This document shows positions 16,253 through 30,414 of a DNA stretch of 64,000 nucleotides, piece by piece. Origin of the DNA: Eledone cirrhosa. Its lineage: Eukaryota. The stretch's first letter is position 1, and each line of letters opens with the position of its first letter. Location of the stretch: positions 71,610,001 to 71,674,000 of the forward strand of contig OZ024743.1 in NCBI GenBank assembly GCA_964016885.1, in the 5' to 3' direction. A program made the translations under genes and the position numbers. Below the pieces are notes generated by a model, which did not search any database, was not told the origin of the DNA, and worked only from the letters and a program-made list of their open reading frames with translations.

Positions 16253-17058
16253 TATATATATATATATATATATATATATTCTTGTGAGAGATTGCGTGTG
16301 TGTATAGGTATCAGGGTTTGTATGTATTTTCCATGTGTATGCTACATTGATTTACAGAATGTGGTGGCCTCTATTTCATAAATAGACTATGTGAAAGTGA
16401 CACAACATTTCGATGTGAAATTCTTCTGTAACATTTGGTAATGATACGAATATTTATTGTGCAAATGTAGAGGTACATTCATGTGTGAATAAATACATAT
16501 AATTAGGTGTATGAATATAGGTAACGATATTTATCTACTGGAGTCGGAATAATTGTGAATATTCAGAAATACATAAATAGTTATATACAATCATATTGAT
16601 CATGTATCTTGGCGTCAAGAATATCTATCCAATTAATTGATATATATCTATATATATAACTCCATGAAGCTAAAGAATACATATATATAAGAAGGTGTGT
16701 ACTTCGAAGTCTCTGACAATGCGAAAGATTTTATACGATTTAAGATGAAAGAAGGCAACAAAGCTGCTCTGTGTTACCTGTTCTTTATTATTTGAATAAA
16801 GCTCAAGCAACACAAAACACTTTTCGAATTACATACCTTCTCATACTCAACGCCCGATGCTTAAAGCAAACTACAACACATACATACACACACATATATA
16901 TACACACACACATATATATACATATATATGTATACATACATACATATATATATGTATGCATGTATATACATATATATGTATATATATATGTATGTATATA
17001 TATACAACATACATATATATATATATATGTATGTATATATATATACAACATACATATA

Positions 17059-17233
17059 TAGGAACAAGTAAGACCCCGACGGCTGAGCTCAAGCCGTTTC
17101 GACGGCTAATTCTCGAAACGGCTTGAGCTCAGCCGTGGGGGTCTTACTTGTTCCTATTACCCACTCTACTACCCTAAGTATTGAGTACTTTGGTGCGTTA
17201 TGGTCCACCTGGTTCCTTACCACATTTTCTTCG

Positions 17234-17234
<1 letters not shown>
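17059..17234 (+). mobile_element. Family-A fold-back mini-element in (TA)n
   Basis: Matches 2775-2968; part of one stem II strand is missing at the apex. Confidence 0.85.
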
Positions 17235-17319
<85 letters not shown>

Positions 17320-17912
17320 CTTATGGTAGCTAAGATGCGTCCATAGGCGGTACGGGGTCGATAAAATAAAGTACCAGTAATCTACTAGGTATTTGCTGGC
17401 CTTGTGCCAAAGGTAGAAACAATTATATATATTTAGGAGGTACTGTGCTGTATTTTCAGTACAGCCTCATCAGATAAAATGCATAAAATGCATAAAATGC
17501 ATAAAATGTTGTATCTCTATGATATAAGATTGTTGCATACCGACCAGCGAAAGTGTAAAGTCGGGACATTGAAAAAAATAGGTATATTTCTGTGTCTACT
17601 ATTTCTTCTTACTTTATAATTTGTTACATAGCTCTGATATCGAGTCAATTTATTTATTTCGATTATCTTGTCTCTCATAATCATAGAGCAACACTGGTTA
17701 AGGTCGACAAGACACAAACTCACGTACTTGTGAAAAATATATGTGTATATATACATGTGTATGTATGTATGCTCTCTCGTCACACATTCTGCGACACTCT
17801 CAGTGACAATTTGTTTCTCTTTTGTTCTGTCCTACACCATCTTGTTTTCACGATAGAGCTTTGACAATAAATAAACAACCAACCGGTTATTAAACCAACA
17901 GACTGGAATATA

Positions 17913-18001
<89 letters not shown>

Positions 18002-18881
18002 TGTGTGTGCATGTTTATGTTCCTCTTTCATACATCGTTACATCTCTACATGTTTACAGCTATACATCCATACAGTAGACTTTCTAACAGGTGTATCTTT
18101 CATACAGAACAAATGTGCTATCATATATCCAAACATCTTTCTTTCATCTTCCACAACATATGTCAACAATAAAATGGCAGTAACAATTAATTGTAGGATA
18201 ACGATATGTCAAATACGTAATCAGCTCAAAGAACTACTCATACTAAATACGCATGAGTAGGTGCTATTTAGATATTTAGTAAAACTATTGGGCAGAAAAT
18301 GACTGTGACTAAGACAGATGTCTTTTGCCAGTATTTCAATTATCCACCAAAGTAGATTCTATGGCTTGCGATTAGATACAATAGCTAACATTTACATAAG
18401 AATGTATGAAAGGGAATCATATATATATTCTTGAAACAAATTGAACAAATTGCCTGGCGTTCTGCGATCTTTCGTAAACAAATGAAATATCTATCGAATG
18501 ATTGTGTTTGCCCATTATGTGTATAATGGACTATAGTTGTCTATAAGACAAATGTATGAATAACAGCTGTGTTCAGAAATAGGATATTTTTCTTATTCAA
18601 TATCACCCATACTTATATTCTAACTTGATATATTGAAGATATTTCAGAGCAGCGTCCTTTTCAACATTATGTAATGCGTCATCAAGAAATAAATATGATT
18701 TTGTTATTCCATGTAGGATTCAGACATTAGACGGTAGACATAATATGGTATCGCATTCGAGAGATTTTTATCGATTATATTGATTCTAGAACCTACTTCA
18801 ATATACCTCTTATTTTATCGATCTCTATATGCTGAACCGCTATGTTTTGACTAATAAAATAAACCGATATTATATATACAC

Positions 18882-18949
<68 letters not shown>

Positions 18950-19222
18950 ATGTGTGTGTGTGTGTGCGTGTGCTCGTGCGCGCGTCTATGTGTGTGTATT
19001 CGTATATGGCTGATAGCTGTGAGAAAAGAGTACTCAATGCCGAAGTAGAGTTTAGATATTTATATTATTAAGGCGAACTTACTTTTATACATCGTTACAT
19101 CTATACTTGTTTACATCTATACATCCATACAATTCTTGTTATTCTGGAGTTTCACCTATGTCTCTGTGGTAAAAAGGCAAAACTCCAGAGTAACATGACG
19201 TACTATTTAGCCCCAAATATAA

Positions 19223-19332
<110 letters not shown>

Positions 19333-19405
19333 AGTCGTGTGGTTCACCAATGGGTAGAACTGGTCATTCCGTTTAGTCAACCAGGTCTAACTAATTATGC
19401 AATCC

Positions 19406-19463
19406 GCGCTTGATGATGTCACGAGGGACTTACGTACCCATGCCATTGAAATATATATAGTGT
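19406..19463 (+). ncRNA. Degenerate hammerhead motif (C3-to-U)
   Basis: gcgc-tTGATGA-...-GAAA-tatata-TA-gtgt. Confidence 0.45.
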
Positions 19464-19521
19464 TTTATGCAATATTAAAACTTTAAATAGACATTTCCAG
19501 TCCGGCCGTTTGTTGTAATAA

Positions 19522-19592
<71 letters not shown>

Positions 19593-19656
19593 GCAAATTA
19601 TAAACGAGAACATGTAAGTATGTTTTTGAAACTGTGCGCGAGTTTGAAATTAGAAA

Positions 19657-19976
<320 letters not shown>

Positions 19977-19989
19977 TAATATATATATG

Positions 19990-20200
<211 letters not shown>

Positions 20201-20286
20201 TACAAAATAACAGGATGCATGTTCTGGTCTAAATCCTTAAAATGACCAGTTCTATCCAGTGGTGAACCAACAAACCCAAATAAATA

Positions 20287-20324
<38 letters not shown>

Positions 20325-20431
20325 TATATATGTGTGTGTATGTTAAAAGTAAACAGAAATAACAACACAATCGGTTACAGTATATGGAAGGAATATAATT
20401 AGGTTAACGCTTGATATAGGAGGAAGAGGGG

Positions 20432-20467
20432 TCTTAACGTTTCGAACGCTTGTCCTTCCTCAGAAGA
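20432..20467 (-). ncRNA. Minimal type I hammerhead motif
   Basis: Reverse complement tctt-CTGAGGA-a-ggac(aagc)gttc-GAAA-cg-TT-aaga; stem II differs from 4640 copy but still pairs. Confidence 0.8.
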
Positions 20468-20524
20468 AAGATTGAGAAATAAAATAGATTGAGGGGACGG
20501 GCAGGATGGAATTGGAAAAAATTC

Positions 20525-20555
<31 letters not shown>

Positions 20556-20892
20556 GGGAAGTAAGATTCTATACAAAACAGTAGATATAGAGAAAAGGTG
20601 AAGTTGGAAATAGCACAGAAAATATATTTAAGGGTCTGATTATCTTTTTTATGCTTTCTTTGATTCGTCAAAGTGACATTATTGAAAAGATAATATTATT
20701 GAAAAAATGAGACGGACATTTCTTTTTTAAAAAAGGTTTTATAATGTATATAAATATATAAGGTATTACCTGTTTCGATTTATTATTAAAATTCATCTTA
20801 TCAAATGTTGAGTATTGAAATAAAAAAAAAAAATAATTAATAGGAGTTAAAAACGAAAGATTTAAAATTAAAGTCAAATATTGCAGTAAGTT

Positions 20893-20967
20893 TTCTTCCA
20901 TCTTTCTTGCTCAAAATTTAGTGGTATGAGAAGATAGCAGCAGCTGTGTTTCGTCAGAGAACAAAGT

Positions 20968-21011
<44 letters not shown>

Positions 21012-21086
21012 ACTTTGTTCTCTGACGAAACACAGCTGCTGCTATCTTCTCATACCACTAAATTTTGAGCAAGAAAGATGGAAGAA
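20893..21086. repeat. Inverted repeat (~78-bp arms) with a (TA)n tract as apex
   Basis: ttcttccatctttcttgc...caaagttg (TA)n caactttg...gcaagaaagatggaagaa. Confidence 0.9.
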
Positions 21087-21132
21087 TATAATAAAGAAAT
21101 AAATAAACTAATAGGGAGTGTTGTTCACAATA

Positions 21133-21295
21133 ATAATTGTTTCTACTTTTGGCACAAGGCCAGTGCATTACTGGTACTTTCTTTTATCGACCCCGTAAGG
21201 ATGAAAGGCAATGTTAACCACGGCGGGATTTGAACTCAATGGCAAGGGCCGTAACTCTATGCGTCAAAGTATGGCGTCCGATCCGCTACCGATAC
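21133..21295 (-). mobile_element. Dominant SINE copy
   Basis: Tail, central domain and B-box present. Confidence 0.9.
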
Positions 21296-21744
21296 GCCCA
21301 AAAGAAACACGCGGGTAAACGAAGGGGACATAAATCTAGAGATGTTGGGCACATGGAGATGTCACGGTCGTCGTCGTTTGACTGATTGTATTTATAGTTT
21401 TGGCTGTATTATAATGTGTGTTTGACCGTGTATAGAAATTGAAGACCAAAACTTAACACATGAGTATTGTGATACAAAATAATTAGTTGTATACACGCAA
21501 GACCAGGTCTTTCAACTCGAGTTATGGAAATTAAATGTCTGATTCATATGTTGGTCACTTAGTCAAAGTTTCACATTTTAAAATTATATCTGATCTTCGA
21601 GATGACGTCAATCTAAATTGCATCTTATGTAAACACAATTTGAAGGATCAGTCTGGATCTTCTTGACTGTGAAACGTTGAGTAGTGCAGTTTTAATGCAC
21701 ACACGTATATACCTACACATATCTAGATATACATAACACACACA

Positions 21745-21823
<79 letters not shown>

Positions 21824-21843
21824 AATATATATGTATATATATA

Positions 21844-21894
<51 letters not shown>

Positions 21895-21916
21895 ATATAT
21901 ATATGTATATATATGC

Positions 21917-21947
<31 letters not shown>

Positions 21948-21949
<2 letters not shown>

Positions 21950-22128
21950 GAAAATAGAATAGCTTTCACCGTATTTTTGACTAAAGAAATTTTAGCCTGA
22001 TAATGGGGTTTAGAACCCTCAGATAAATGGAAAAAGATTAGTATTGATGTAAATGGGGGTAATGGTAGCACAAATATTATCACACATTTTTTTCGTCAAA
22101 AATACGGTGAAAGCTATTCTATTTTCTA
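21948..22128. mobile_element. Family-C fold-back element
   Basis: Arms tagaaaatagaatagctttcaccgtattttt / aaaaatacggtGAAAgcTAttctattttcta. Confidence 0.65.
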
Positions 22129-22169
22129 ATTTCAAACCTGCTCACTGTTTCAAAACATGCTTACTCGTC

Positions 22170-22232
<63 letters not shown>

Positions 22233-22236
<4 letters not shown>

Positions 22237-22364
22237 TGAATTAAAGCAAGGGTTAACTGAGCGAATATCATTGTGGGAAGCTACTGTTGGCTATATATAT
22301 ATATAGCTAACAGTAGCCTTCCACAATGATATTCGCTCAGTTAACCCTTGCTTTAATTCATGAA
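22233..22364. repeat. Inverted repeat (~59-bp arms) with a (TA)n apex
   Basis: ttcatgaattaaagcaagggttaactgagcg...(TA)n...cgctcagttaacccttgctttaattcatgaa. Confidence 0.9.
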
Positions 22365-22820
22365 AATGTGTTCGAAAGAATACATTTCTTAACTAAGAAG
22401 TGATTAAGGATTTCTTTCCCAATATTTTTCCACCAATTTCTTTTCTTCTAAGTAAAAACAACAACACTTATAGCACTAGATCTAGGATTAATCAAACTGA
22501 AATCTTCTTAAGAGCTTTCAGCCATATATACACATTTTAAAGCTACTGCTGTCTTTAGATGATCAACTTGGAGCAATACTACTTTTGCTTAGTATATTGA
22601 TTGAAGTTTTACTGGCAAAAAGGTAGGTGTGTTAATACTTTGGTTGAAAGCCGAATCAATCCGACCAAATCGTCACAACGAACTATGAAAAATAATATCG
22701 ATTCAAATATGCATGAAAGCAAAGAAATAAACAAATATCATATGAGATATCATCTTCGTATATGAGATGAGATATCAAGTCGTGATGATATCTAGTCATT
22801 GATTTCGAGCATACGACAGA

Positions 22821-22834
22821 TACTACTACTGCTG

Positions 22835-22899
<65 letters not shown>

Positions 22900-22963
22900 G
22901 CTACTACTACTGCTACTACTACTGCTACTACTACTGTTACTGCTACTACTACTACTACTAATG

Positions 22964-23040
<77 letters not shown>

Positions 23041-23041
23041 G

Positions 23042-23109
<68 letters not shown>
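22821..23109. repeat. Compound (TAC)n/(AAC)n microsatellite
   Basis: Direct reading; source of the poly-L and poly-S ORFs. Confidence 0.95.
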
Positions 23110-23110
<1 letters not shown>

Positions 23111-23230
23111 GAGTTCAAATCCCGCCGAGCTTAGCTTCGCCTTTCCTGCTTACGGCGTCGATAAAATAAAGTACCAGTCATACACTGGGGCGGATGTAAT
23201 CGACTTTCCCCGCCCAAAATATTTCCTGTC
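23110..23230 (+). mobile_element. Dominant-SINE fragment cut off by the PLE insertion
   Basis: gagttcaaatcccgccgag...gataaaataaagtaccag, stops abruptly at the inverted PLE segment. Confidence 0.8.
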
Positions 23231-24022
23231 CAGTGACATGTCTATGTGGTGCTTTTCCATGTTATTGCCGTGCGTTAATGTTGTTGCTCAACCAGGTGGG
23301 AGCTATGTATACGGGATAACAAGTTATCGTTGTAGGTAATCCACTTAGAGGTAGTCCAGTTAGAGTACTCCGTGTTGTGGATGGTTTTAACGTATGGCTT
23401 AGTTTGACTCAACAAGACACTTCCATAGTGATGCAGCGAGTTCGCGGTGATTTCTATGTAGGTTATACTTGGAGTAATAATAATTCAAGAAAGAAGGGTA
23501 ACACGGTTGGCTGTACAATAAGGGTTTTATTCACAGTGCTGACAATTGTTTCGTTGATCTGGTAGGTCTAGTTTTAATTATTCACTATCTAGATATTTTG
23601 TTACTGATGTTATTGTTCTGGTTAAACACCACTCTCCTATAAAAGCGTATTATCCTCATATCCACGCGCTCTGATGTATTGACTGGTTGTAAACAAAGTA
23701 TTGGAGTCGATTGACGCAACATCAAGCGATTAGCGAGCTCTAGACCTACCAGATCAACGAAACAATTGTACAGCCAACCATGTTACCCGTCTTTCTTGAA
23801 TTATTATTACTCCAAGTATAACCTACATAGAATCACCGCGAACTCGCTGCATCACTATGGAAGTGTCTTGCTGAGTCAAACTAAGCCAAACGTTAAAACC
23901 ATCCACAACACGGAGTACTCTAACTGGACTACCTCTAAGTGGATTACCTACAACGATAACTTGTTATCCCGTATACATAGCTCCCACCTGGTTGAGCAAC
24001 AACATTAACGCACGGCAATAAC

Positions 24023-26362
24023 ATGGAAAAGCACCACATAGACATGTCACTGAAAAACATACCTGTACCTACAAATAAGGACTATACACTTGGCATGATA
24101 CATCGGACTAATGATTTCCTTCACCAAATCCGATGGAAAGCTTACCACTACGACAAAGGATCCGCTAATAACACGGAGGAATTTACTAAAGATAATTACG
24201 GATTCAAATCCTGTAAAAACCCACCAAATAACCCCATGCTCGATGCCTTCGAGCTTGATCTTATGAACATGATAATTAGAACTAAATTCAAAAAGCAGAC
24301 ACGTCACAACAAATTACAAAACGACATCAATTCACTACTAAAACAACCAAGAAGCACTAACGGTATCATAGTAAAAGCAGACAAAACATCAAACGTATAT
24401 ACCATGAACCTTAATACATACAACAATTTCATACGACGTGAACTGCATAAAAAATACAAAAAAAAACAACTGAATCTACACTCACTAGCATTAATAAGGA
24501 AGGAGTAAGCATAGTAAAAAAACTGAAAATATCCGATAGAACCGAGCCTCTAACCCCATGTAGCCCCACATTTAACCTTAAGGATCACAAAAATAATTTT
24601 GAAACAAACCCTGTAATTAGATTAATATGCCCATCCAAGTCGGATATCGTAAAATTAGCAAATACCTTCTAGATAGAGTAATCGCACAAATTAAGGGAAA
24701 ACTAGTAATCAACTTATGGGGAAACACTAACGAAGCAATAGAATGATTCAGTAAAATAAGAAACAGAGAAACATACAACTTCATACAATTCGACATTAAT
24801 GATTGCTACGCCTCCATTCCTCCAGTCACCCTAGATAAGGCGCTAATCTTACCGCAGATGAAATTAAAATAATACTAGCTGCTAGAAGGACTATCATAAA
24901 ATTCGAAAATAGCTACTGGGAAAGAACAATAGGAAGAATAGCTTCGACATCACAATGGGATCGAACGACTCAGCCCACATAACCGACGTTGTGGGGATAT
25001 TTATAGCACACAACTTACATAAAGAATTCAGTAACCTCCAAGGAAGAATTTATAGAGATGATACGCTCCTTATAGCTAAAAACTTAAATAACCAGAACAT
25101 GGAAAGATTACGAAAAAACATTAGAACATTCTTCAAAAAACTAGGCCTTAATTTTAAAAAAGCAAATTTTATAGATGTAACTCTTAACCTAAACACAGGA
25201 TTAATAGAACCCTTCCATAAAAATAATGAAAATCTAGCCTATATTAGTTACAACTCAAACCACCCCCGATCCATAATTAACTCCATAGCACGTAGTATAT
25301 CCCTCAGAATATCCCGCCCTTCCTCAAACCTGGAATTTTAAATGAACATGCTAATTATTATAACGCAGGATTACATAAGGCTGGACACAAAGAAAAGCTG
25401 CAGTTTATAACAGATAGGGACAACATCAACAAACCCGATAACACCAACACTACCCGCTCATACAAAAATAAAAGACACAGGACTAGGCATAGAACTAGAC
25501 AACTAGCACCGAGAGTAGGAGAACAGAGCACTAACAATAGAAACCCCCCAAACTATAGAAGAACTAGAGAAAGAAAATACATATGGTTCAATCCGATCTT
25601 CAACTCCTCTATAAGAACTAAACTACCTTCTACGTTTTTAAAACTAATAGATAAGCACTTCCCTACATCGCATAGATACCATAACATCTTCAATAGAAAA
25701 AGTATAAAACTTTCATACTCAACTGCAGCCAACATAGAAACGCACATACATAAGAACTACCACAAACATATCTCTAAGGACATAGCACCACATACAAGCA
25801 CCACATACAAAACACAAACACATAACAGTATCACAACCACAAACGCATCTGAACATACCACAGCAAAAATTCAACAGGCATGAATCGCAACCCACACATT
25901 ACAACTTACAAAACCGCAATGTGAAAGCTGCATAGAATAATACCTCAAACTGCAATTGTCACCTATCAGATAAGTGCCCAGTAGAGAATAGGTGCCTAGA
26001 GTCTAGCTTAGTATACATGTGTACTGTAAACTCGGGCAACTCCACCTGGCAATACATAGGATCCACTGCGGGTGATTTTAAAAAGAGGTGGTATGTCCAC
26101 AGACATTCAATGAGGAACCGCGCACTGGTGAATTCTACAAACCTCGCCAATAAAATCTGGCAACTTAAGGACAAAAACCTAGATTACAAAATTAGCGGCC
26201 GCAAAGGCCTATAGCAGCGGTATGTCTCATTGCAGGCTCTGCAACCTTGAATTGCTACATATCTTAAGGTACGATAAAATGCAACTTAACAGCAAAATAG
26301 AAAGGTCAATTTTCTGCAGACATAGGATTGATACTAAATTTACGAGATTTAAACCACCGTGA
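24023..26362 (+). pseudogene. Frameshifted PLE polyprotein: reverse transcriptase plus C-terminal GIY-YIG endonuclease
   Basis: SLKNIP, RWKA, YGFKS, VKADKT, LKDHK, RLICPSKSDI, FIQFDINDCYASI, FDITMGS, YRDD, FIDVTLNL, SNHP, WFNP, CNC..CP..C, LVY..YIGST..FKKR..H, CRLC..E, LN..E..CRH; several frameshifts and a W-to-TGA stop near 24744. Confidence 0.92.
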
Positions 26363-27405
26363 TTCGAACCAGCATCCTCAAGATTAATGGAAAACCACTT
26401 AGACTTTAACGTATGAAATCCGCATTCTCACACGGCCTATTTCAGAACCATAAAATTCTATAAATACCTTCCAGCCTCCCTACATCTATATCACCAAGAT
26501 CGGACGGGAATATCTACAAATATTTACCAATTATCTTGTCAACCCATAAATCAATCTTGTCTTTGCTGTTGTTTATTCTTTCGGACTATGCAATTGTATC
26601 TACATATCTCATATTAGCACCCATGATCTCTAACAGATGAACTTAATTCTAAGTACATTATCTTATTACTCTTACACTCCTTTGAAACTCTTATTTTCCT
26701 CTTATTATTATTATTATCATCTCAATGTACCCTATCCCTCAATTTATTCATCATGTTCTCTATCTATTTACCATGCATGTTTTATTGTTGATGTTATTGT
26801 CTTAATTATACACTATTTTGTAATTGATGTTGCGAAAACTAAACCCCCATGATTCGAACTAGCAATCCCAAAATTTAGAATAACATACTAAATCCACAAT
26901 TTCACTTAATACCAGATACCAATGAACCATAAATCTCTATACACTCCCTCCATCAATCTCACTAAGTTGATACAACAGGAGAAAATACCTAACACAAGTG
27001 CTTATCTGTCAAACCATAAATCAATCTCCGTTTTATTGTTGGTAGGGTGTCAGACCCACAGCTCACTTGTATCTAATTCTCTCATAATTGCACTTAAAGT
27101 GTAGATTCCAAAATCTGATTCTAAGTACATTTTATTATTTTATTATTTATCCCTTCATCTAAGTTAATTCATCCCTTGACTACTACCTCTAATGTACCCT
27201 ATGGTAGATTTCGCATGTCACTTCATACATCTGTATCATATCTGTTTGTTTACCATGCTTGTTTTATCATTATATTCTATTTCTTACTTGTATTGATGTT
27301 ATTGTTTTAATTATTCACTATCTAGATATTTTGTTACTGATGTTATTGTTCTGGTCTAACACCACTCTTCTATAAAAGCCATGCCTTGCGTATTATCCTC
27401 ATATA

Positions 27406-27523
27406 CACGCGCTCTGATGTATTGACTGGTTATAAACAAAGTATTGGAGATCGATTGACGCAACATCAAGCGATTAGCGAGCTCTGGACCTACCAGATCA
27501 ACGAAACAATTGTCAGCACTGTG
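27406..27523 (+). ncRNA. Variant hammerhead in 3' pLTR (CTGATGT core, large loop 2)
   Basis: cacgcgct-CTGATGt-a-ttgactggt(~60 nt)accagatcaa-c-GAAA-caattg-TC-agcactgtg; palindromic helix III and GUC triplet. Confidence 0.6.
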
Positions 27524-27653
27524 AATAAAGCCCTTATTGTACAGTCAACCATGTTACCCCTCTTTCTTGAATTATATATTAATATATATATATCCGCATG
27601 TGGTTGACGGCTGAGAGAAAGGAATACTTATTACCGAAGTAGGAATTTAAAAT

Positions 27654-27776
27654 TTCGTTTTATTAAGTCATCTTACTCTGGAGTTTTGCCTGTTCATCAC
27701 GGGGTCATCAGATGACCCCGTGATAAACAGGCGATATTCCAGAGTAAAAAGTCTTACATCTTACCCTTAATAAAAA

Positions 27777-27780
<4 letters not shown>
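27654..27780. mobile_element. Fold-back mini-element with CTGATGA at its apex (family also at 19141-19191 and 35861-35994)
   Basis: actctggagttttgcctgttcatcacggggtcatc-a-gatgaccccgtgataaacaggcgatattccagagt; shared flank resembling gtactcaataccgaag. Confidence 0.65.
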
Positions 27781-27811
<31 letters not shown>

Positions 27812-27813
<2 letters not shown>

Positions 27814-27989
27814 GAAGGAAGTGTGGTAAGGTACCAGATGGACCATAATACACCAGGTTACTCAATACTTTGGGTAGTAGAGTGGGTAGTAGGAAAATGC
27901 TCAAGACCCCGACGGAAGAGCTCTAGCCGTTTCGAAATAGTCGTCGAAACGGCCTGAGCTCTGCCGACGGTGTCTTGAACATTTTCCTA
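27812..27989 (-). mobile_element. Family-A fold-back mini-element (diverged) in (TA)n
   Basis: Similar to 15021-15220. Confidence 0.8.
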
Positions 27990-28027
27990 TATATATATAT
28001 GTATACATATACATACACAAAAAAAAA

Positions 28028-28058
<31 letters not shown>

Positions 28059-28127
28059 CACAAATATATCTACTATATAAATGGCAATTTCTGTCTGTGT
28101 GTTACCAGTTGGTATATATAGAGTACC

Positions 28128-28481
28128 AAATTAAAAGATATATATTTATATATAGAGAGAAACACAGAATGTTGTATATATATCTAATATATATTCTATA
28201 GAAGAATATGTACACAGATGGAATCATAAGTGAAACCTTATAGCACTATTTCATACCTAGAGAGTATGGCTAAAAATCGAACTTTCGGGGATCGATTACA
28301 TAGATCGATCTTTAGCAATCCACTGTATTTATGAAATAGCGCTATAAGGTTTCACTTATGATGCCATCCGTGTACATATTCTTCTATAGAACATGTATTT
28401 AGTATATATATACAATATACCATGTTTCTTTTACGATATATGGCTCTTGCTCTATATATATAAACATACATCTTTTAATTT
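28128..28481. mobile_element. Old imperfect fold-back element containing a hammerhead 3' half
   Basis: ~130-150-bp diverged arms; GAAA-tagcgcta-TA at 28333 (palindromic helix III). Confidence 0.65.
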
Positions 28482-28591
28482 AGTTATTATGGCTCTAGAT
28501 AAAGACTATTGAGCTTGCTTATTGAGAAACACAAAATTCTAAACATATTTGTTATGTTTTGATTCATCATTTGTATATATATATATTTTTT

Positions 28592-28774
<183 letters not shown>

Positions 28775-28842
28775 TATAATATATATACATATATATAATA
28801 TAAATAAAATATATATGTGTTCAATATCTTTCTCTTGCGTAG

Positions 28843-29026
28843 ATGGTGGCGAGTATCGTCATGCCCAGATGGTCACCAGAGTACAAAAACTACATCACTT
28901 CACCTAGAAAACGTGGCAGGACTGTTCGTGGTGGTACTTGGAGGTATAGCACTATCAACAATAGTTTGCAGTGTGCATCAATGTACATCACGTACGAGAC
29001 ACAGCAGCAGTAACAATGTCAAGGAG
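28843..29026 (+). CDS. Ionotropic glutamate receptor-family subunit, penultimate coding exon (end of S2, M4 helix, start of C-tail)
   Basis: [44 protein letters not shown] matches the iGluR WW...C...L.L.NVAG.F..L.GG motif; acceptor ctttctcttgcgtag, donor GAG|gtaaat (phase 0). Confidence 0.9.
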
Positions 29027-30414
29027 GTAAATATGGCATCCACAAATTTTTATATTTATCTTATCACTATGTTTCAAATTTCTCTCTTCACAGTCAATTA
29101 TTTTGCTAGCTAACTCATCAATGTTTTCTATTATGAGATATTTTTGTCTTATATGTTTTATTTGTTTCTATGGAAGAAGTGTAGTGCTTTGGATTATGTA
29201 CATTAACCCTTTATAATTTAAACCGGTTGTATCCGGCCAGAACTCTCTCACCTGTTTCTGTTCAAACTGGCCGTAACTGGCCGCTCATACAGACGTTATA
29301 GTATTTTTCTTGAAAAAGATAACATAAAAATCTCATAGATTTGATATTATGTGAGATAATTATGGAAGATAAAGCATTTGCCACAAAAATACAATAGTAT
29401 ATACATAGCAATGTAAATGCTAATGTGTTAAGTGATACATTTATGTAGTATATATGGCTATCTACACATGTATTGTAAAATCTCTTAACCTTTAACTCTA
29501 CGAAACATTTCAGCAGTGCTGGTATAGTCACTGCCTCCGTCTCTCTCGCTCAATCCATCTCTCACTATTATAATCACTATTATAACCAGAGGAGGATGGA
29601 GAGCACCCACAATAGATGAGTGTATGAATATGTAAAGTAAGACATGGACAACACTTTTTTTCCAGATTGAGAGCTTTGCAGAAATAAATTTCTTTTTCTA
29701 TTATCGTTTATTTGATTGATATTTTAATACACATATATCACAACCATATGGATATATATATATAAGAATTATCATGGTTAACTGCAATCCATAGCTTACT
29801 GGCAAGAATCAATGATTGCAGTGTAGCTTTAACCTGGTATTATGGAAACTAAACTCAGTGGGATTTACAAAAAATAATTTAGAATAGAATTATCTCTCGT
29901 TCGGAAGAGATATCATTTGAAACATATCAATACTGACACCTAATCGTAAGGTGAATTTTACATGGTAATATCAAGTATATATATATAAGTAAAACAAATA
30001 TATAATACATTTATTATTCATATATTCTTAGATGAATGATATGAAAAAGCAATTAGAATACATATATATGCTCTTCCAAATGCATATAATTCATGCACCA
30101 GGATTACCGTTGTATTCTAACAATTGTAAGGTATTCACTCTCACAAATAGTGCTTCATCAATTATTGCTTGTATTAATATAAATGATACACACACACAAC
30201 ACATACATACACAGACGCACACACACATACACGCGCGCGCGCTCACACACACATATATATATATATATCTTGTAGCAATAGATGGAGTTGTACTTGGATT
30301 TTAACTTGATCACATAACTACATCCATTTGTAGATGCACACACCTTCCTATGCATAGCGTAGTACCCTGATTTCTGGTCTTCCCGGTCTCGTCCATGCAG
30401 TCTTATATATATAT

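Larger units (their letters stand above)
23231..27573 (+). mobile_element. Near-full-length Penelope-like element (Naiad-type): inverted 5' segment, pLTR, ORF, 3' UTR, pLTR
   Basis: Direct pLTRs 23571-23803 and 27304-27573; 23231-23571 is the reverse complement of 23740-24052; right end abuts TA-rich tract. Confidence 0.9.

Noticed and set aside
24744-24746. In-frame TGA in the Naiad ORF as selenocysteine (reported for some Naiads)
   Set aside because: It falls at a position normally Trp (IE-W-F), the ORF also has frameshifts, and the conserved Cys codons in both EN domains are TGT/TGC; a nonsense mutation is simpler.
28069-28105. Third Helitron 5' end (TCtactatataaatggcaatttctgtctgtgtg)
   Set aside because: No corresponding 3' hairpin-CTAG found; too short to call.
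29203-29300. piggyBac-like end (TTAA CCCTT)
   Set aside because: No matching opposite terminus found.
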